Program-made: the position numbers and the translations under genes
Source of the DNA: Felis catus
Lineage: Eukaryota
Direction of reading: 5' to 3'
NCBI RefSeq assembly: GCF_018350175.1
Contig: NC_058368.1
Location: forward strand, 97,528,001-97,592,000
DNA: 64,000 bases
Shown: piece after piece, positions 62,161-64,000 of the stretch
How positions within the stretch are numbered: position 1 is the first letter of the stretch
Layout: the number at the start of each line of letters is the position of its first letter
The notes under the pieces: generated by a model
What the model saw: the letters and a program-made list of their open reading frames with translations, nothing else
What the model was told of the DNA's origin: nothing
Databases searched by the model: none

Positions 62161-62584
62161 CACAGTGTTCCTCTCCTGTTGTCCACTGTGCAGAAGGCCC
62201 CCAGAAAGCAGTGGGGTTTTCTGGCTTGGCCAAATTGGTCTCATTTCAAGAGGCTGGTGTCTGTACTGGGTTATAGCAGAGTGGAGAGGGAGAGTGATAA
62301 CTTGTACCACATGTGCTTTTAGCCTGAACTTTCTTTCTTTTTTTTTTTTTTTTCCTGTAATGATGCCAGAGGAGCCCAGAGAATGGAGTGAATATAGCAC
62401 TATTTCAATGATTCCCAGCTGCAAGGTCATGTGATTATAGAGCGAAATCTTGCTGCTCCCACTCAGGCTAAAGAGAAAGGAGCCAGAGCAGGGCATCTGG
62501 GTTTTATGTGTCTGAGCATGAGAAGAGCCACAACATCCTGGTAGCCTCCCCGTGCACGAGGGAAGCTTTAAAAATCACATTGCA

Positions 62585-62785
62585 GGGGTGCCTGGGGGGC
62601 TCAGTCGGTTGAGGGTCCGGCTTCGGTTCGGGTCATGAGTTCGAGCCCTGCGTCTGGCTCTGTGCTGACAGCTCGGAGCCTGGAGCCTGCTTTGGATTCT
62701 GTGTCTGCCTGTCTCTCTGCCTCTCCCCTGTTCGTTCTTGTTCTCTCTCTCAAAAATAAAGAAACATTAAAAGAAAATTTAAAAA
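62585..62785 (+). mobile_element. Can-SINE
   Basis: SINE head and tail; degenerate TSD ttaaaaa...ttgcag. Confidence 0.9.
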
Positions 62786-63142
62786 CCTGTTGCAGTTCAG
62801 AAGTGAGCCTTGGGTTGGCCTTTCACCCCTGGAAGTCCTTGTTTAAAAGAGGTAACAGATGAAACCAGATTATCCAAGACAGACAGGAAGATAGGTCTCA
62901 ACGGCCCTTGATGTTGCAAAGGGACTCTTGCTAGCATGTCCTCGAGGGAAGTTGTGAGGTTTTCAGAGGGCAGGGATACATCTTCGGGGCTGTCCACTGG
63001 GGCAAGGTCTGCTGGGCACACTGCTCTCTCTCTCTCTCTCACTCTCTCTCTGTCTCTCTCGCAGGGCACGCAGTAAACTCACATGTTTTTGAAAGGAGCC
63101 AACCTTCTCCTCCCCTGGTCATTATTTAAAAAAAAAAAAAAG

Positions 63143-63370
63143 TGCACCTGTGCAGCTCAGTCGGTTCAGCATCTGACGCTCGGTTTTGGCTCAGGTGCCG
63201 ATCTCACGGTTTGTTGAGATCGAGCCCCACGTCGGGCTCTGTGCTGACAGGGCAGAGCCTGCTTGGGATTCTCTGTCCCCTTCTGTCTGTCTGTCTGTCT
63301 CTCTCTCTACCCCTCTCCCACTCGAGCTGTCTCTGTCTCTCTCAAAATAAATAAACTTAAAAACAAAAAA
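63143..63370 (+). mobile_element. Can-SINE
   Basis: Degenerate head gtgcacctgtgcagctcagtcggtt, CT tract, A-tail. Confidence 0.88.
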
Positions 63371-63493
63371 AGGCATTTTCTTACAATATGACTGTCCACC
63401 AGAGTGAAGGAGGCAGGGGTTGTGGTGTGTGCTCTTGCAGACCTATTTGTATTCGTCCTTCCCCACCTCGAGCCCTGGAGCTGACTGTTCAGG

Positions 63494-63499
63494 CTCTCT

Positions 63500-63560
<61 letters not shown>

Positions 63561-63568
63561 CCACACAC
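63494..63568. repeat. Compound (CT)n(CA)n microsatellite
   Basis: Read directly from the sequence. Confidence 0.97.
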
Positions 63569-63759
63569 GCAGATACAACTGAGGAATTCTGCAGAAATGC
63601 CAGTCTTGTGAGAAAACCTGCAGACGCAATGTTGGCGACAGAATGCAGAGTTCAGAGCAAGTCTCATGAATCAGACCTTCAAGAAGTAAAGTCTCCCACT
63701 TGGTTGCAACCACTCAGTGATCAGGAAGTAATTCCTTTGTTTTCCTTGCTCCTCTCTTT

Positions 63760-64000
63760 ATTTTATTTATTTATTTATTTATTTATTTTAAATGTTGTTT
63801 TAATGTTTATTTATTTTTGGGACAGAGACAGAGCATGAACGGGGGAGGGGCAGAGAGAGAGAGGGAGACACAGAATCGGAAACAGGCTCCAGGCTCTGAG
63901 CCATCAGCCCAGAGCCCGACGCGGGGCTCGAACTCACAGACCGCGATATCGTGACCTGGCTGAAGTCGGACGCTTAACCGACTGCGCCACCCGGGAGCCC
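63760..64000 (-). mobile_element. Young felid SINEC_Fc with (TTTA)n tail
   Basis: CpG-rich body (gacgcggggctcgaactc, ccgactgcgccacc) running to the window end. Confidence 0.93.

Noticed and set aside
1135..63838. Many 60-140 aa ORFs with recurring peptides (SVLTAQSLEPA, ETQNPKQ, HTHTHT, CVCVCV)
   Set aside because: Translations of Can-SINEs, L1 fragments and microsatellites, not genes
1079..64000. tRNA-like A/B box sequences (TGGCTCAGTCGG ... GTTCGAGCC)
   Set aside because: These are the tRNA-derived heads of Can-SINEs, not functional tRNA genes

Overview
Mammalian (felid-like, rich in Can-SINE/SINEC_Fc elements) genomic DNA, not prokaryotic. The + strand carries the last 15 coding exons of DMXL1 (Rabconnectin-3 alpha family WD40 protein), about 608 aa from 4766 to the TGA at 45122-45124. 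All 15 were assembled by hand from AG/GT boundaries, and their phases join into one open frame. One of them is a 63-nt symmetric cassette exon at 13517-13579. A ~1.9 kb AU-rich 3' UTR follows. After ~10 kb of repeat-rich intergenic DNA there is a CpG-island promoter (about 56.6-57.7 kb) and a first exon ending at a GTAAGT donor at 57361; by synteny and recalled sequence this is most likely the distal TNFAIP8 promoter and exon 1. Most of the rest is SINEs, L1/L2/MIR fragments, DNA transposon relics (Tigger, MER58), LTRs and microsatellites. Almost all ORFs in the supplied track are spurious. The most interesting observations are a candidate extra in-frame 51-nt DMXL1 exon (29630-29680), the probable split A|TG start codon of TNFAIP8, inverted SINE pairs flanking exons, and a 154-bp tandem duplication. 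I see no evidence of a wholly new biological system. Repeat subfamily names are from recognition, not from a database search.
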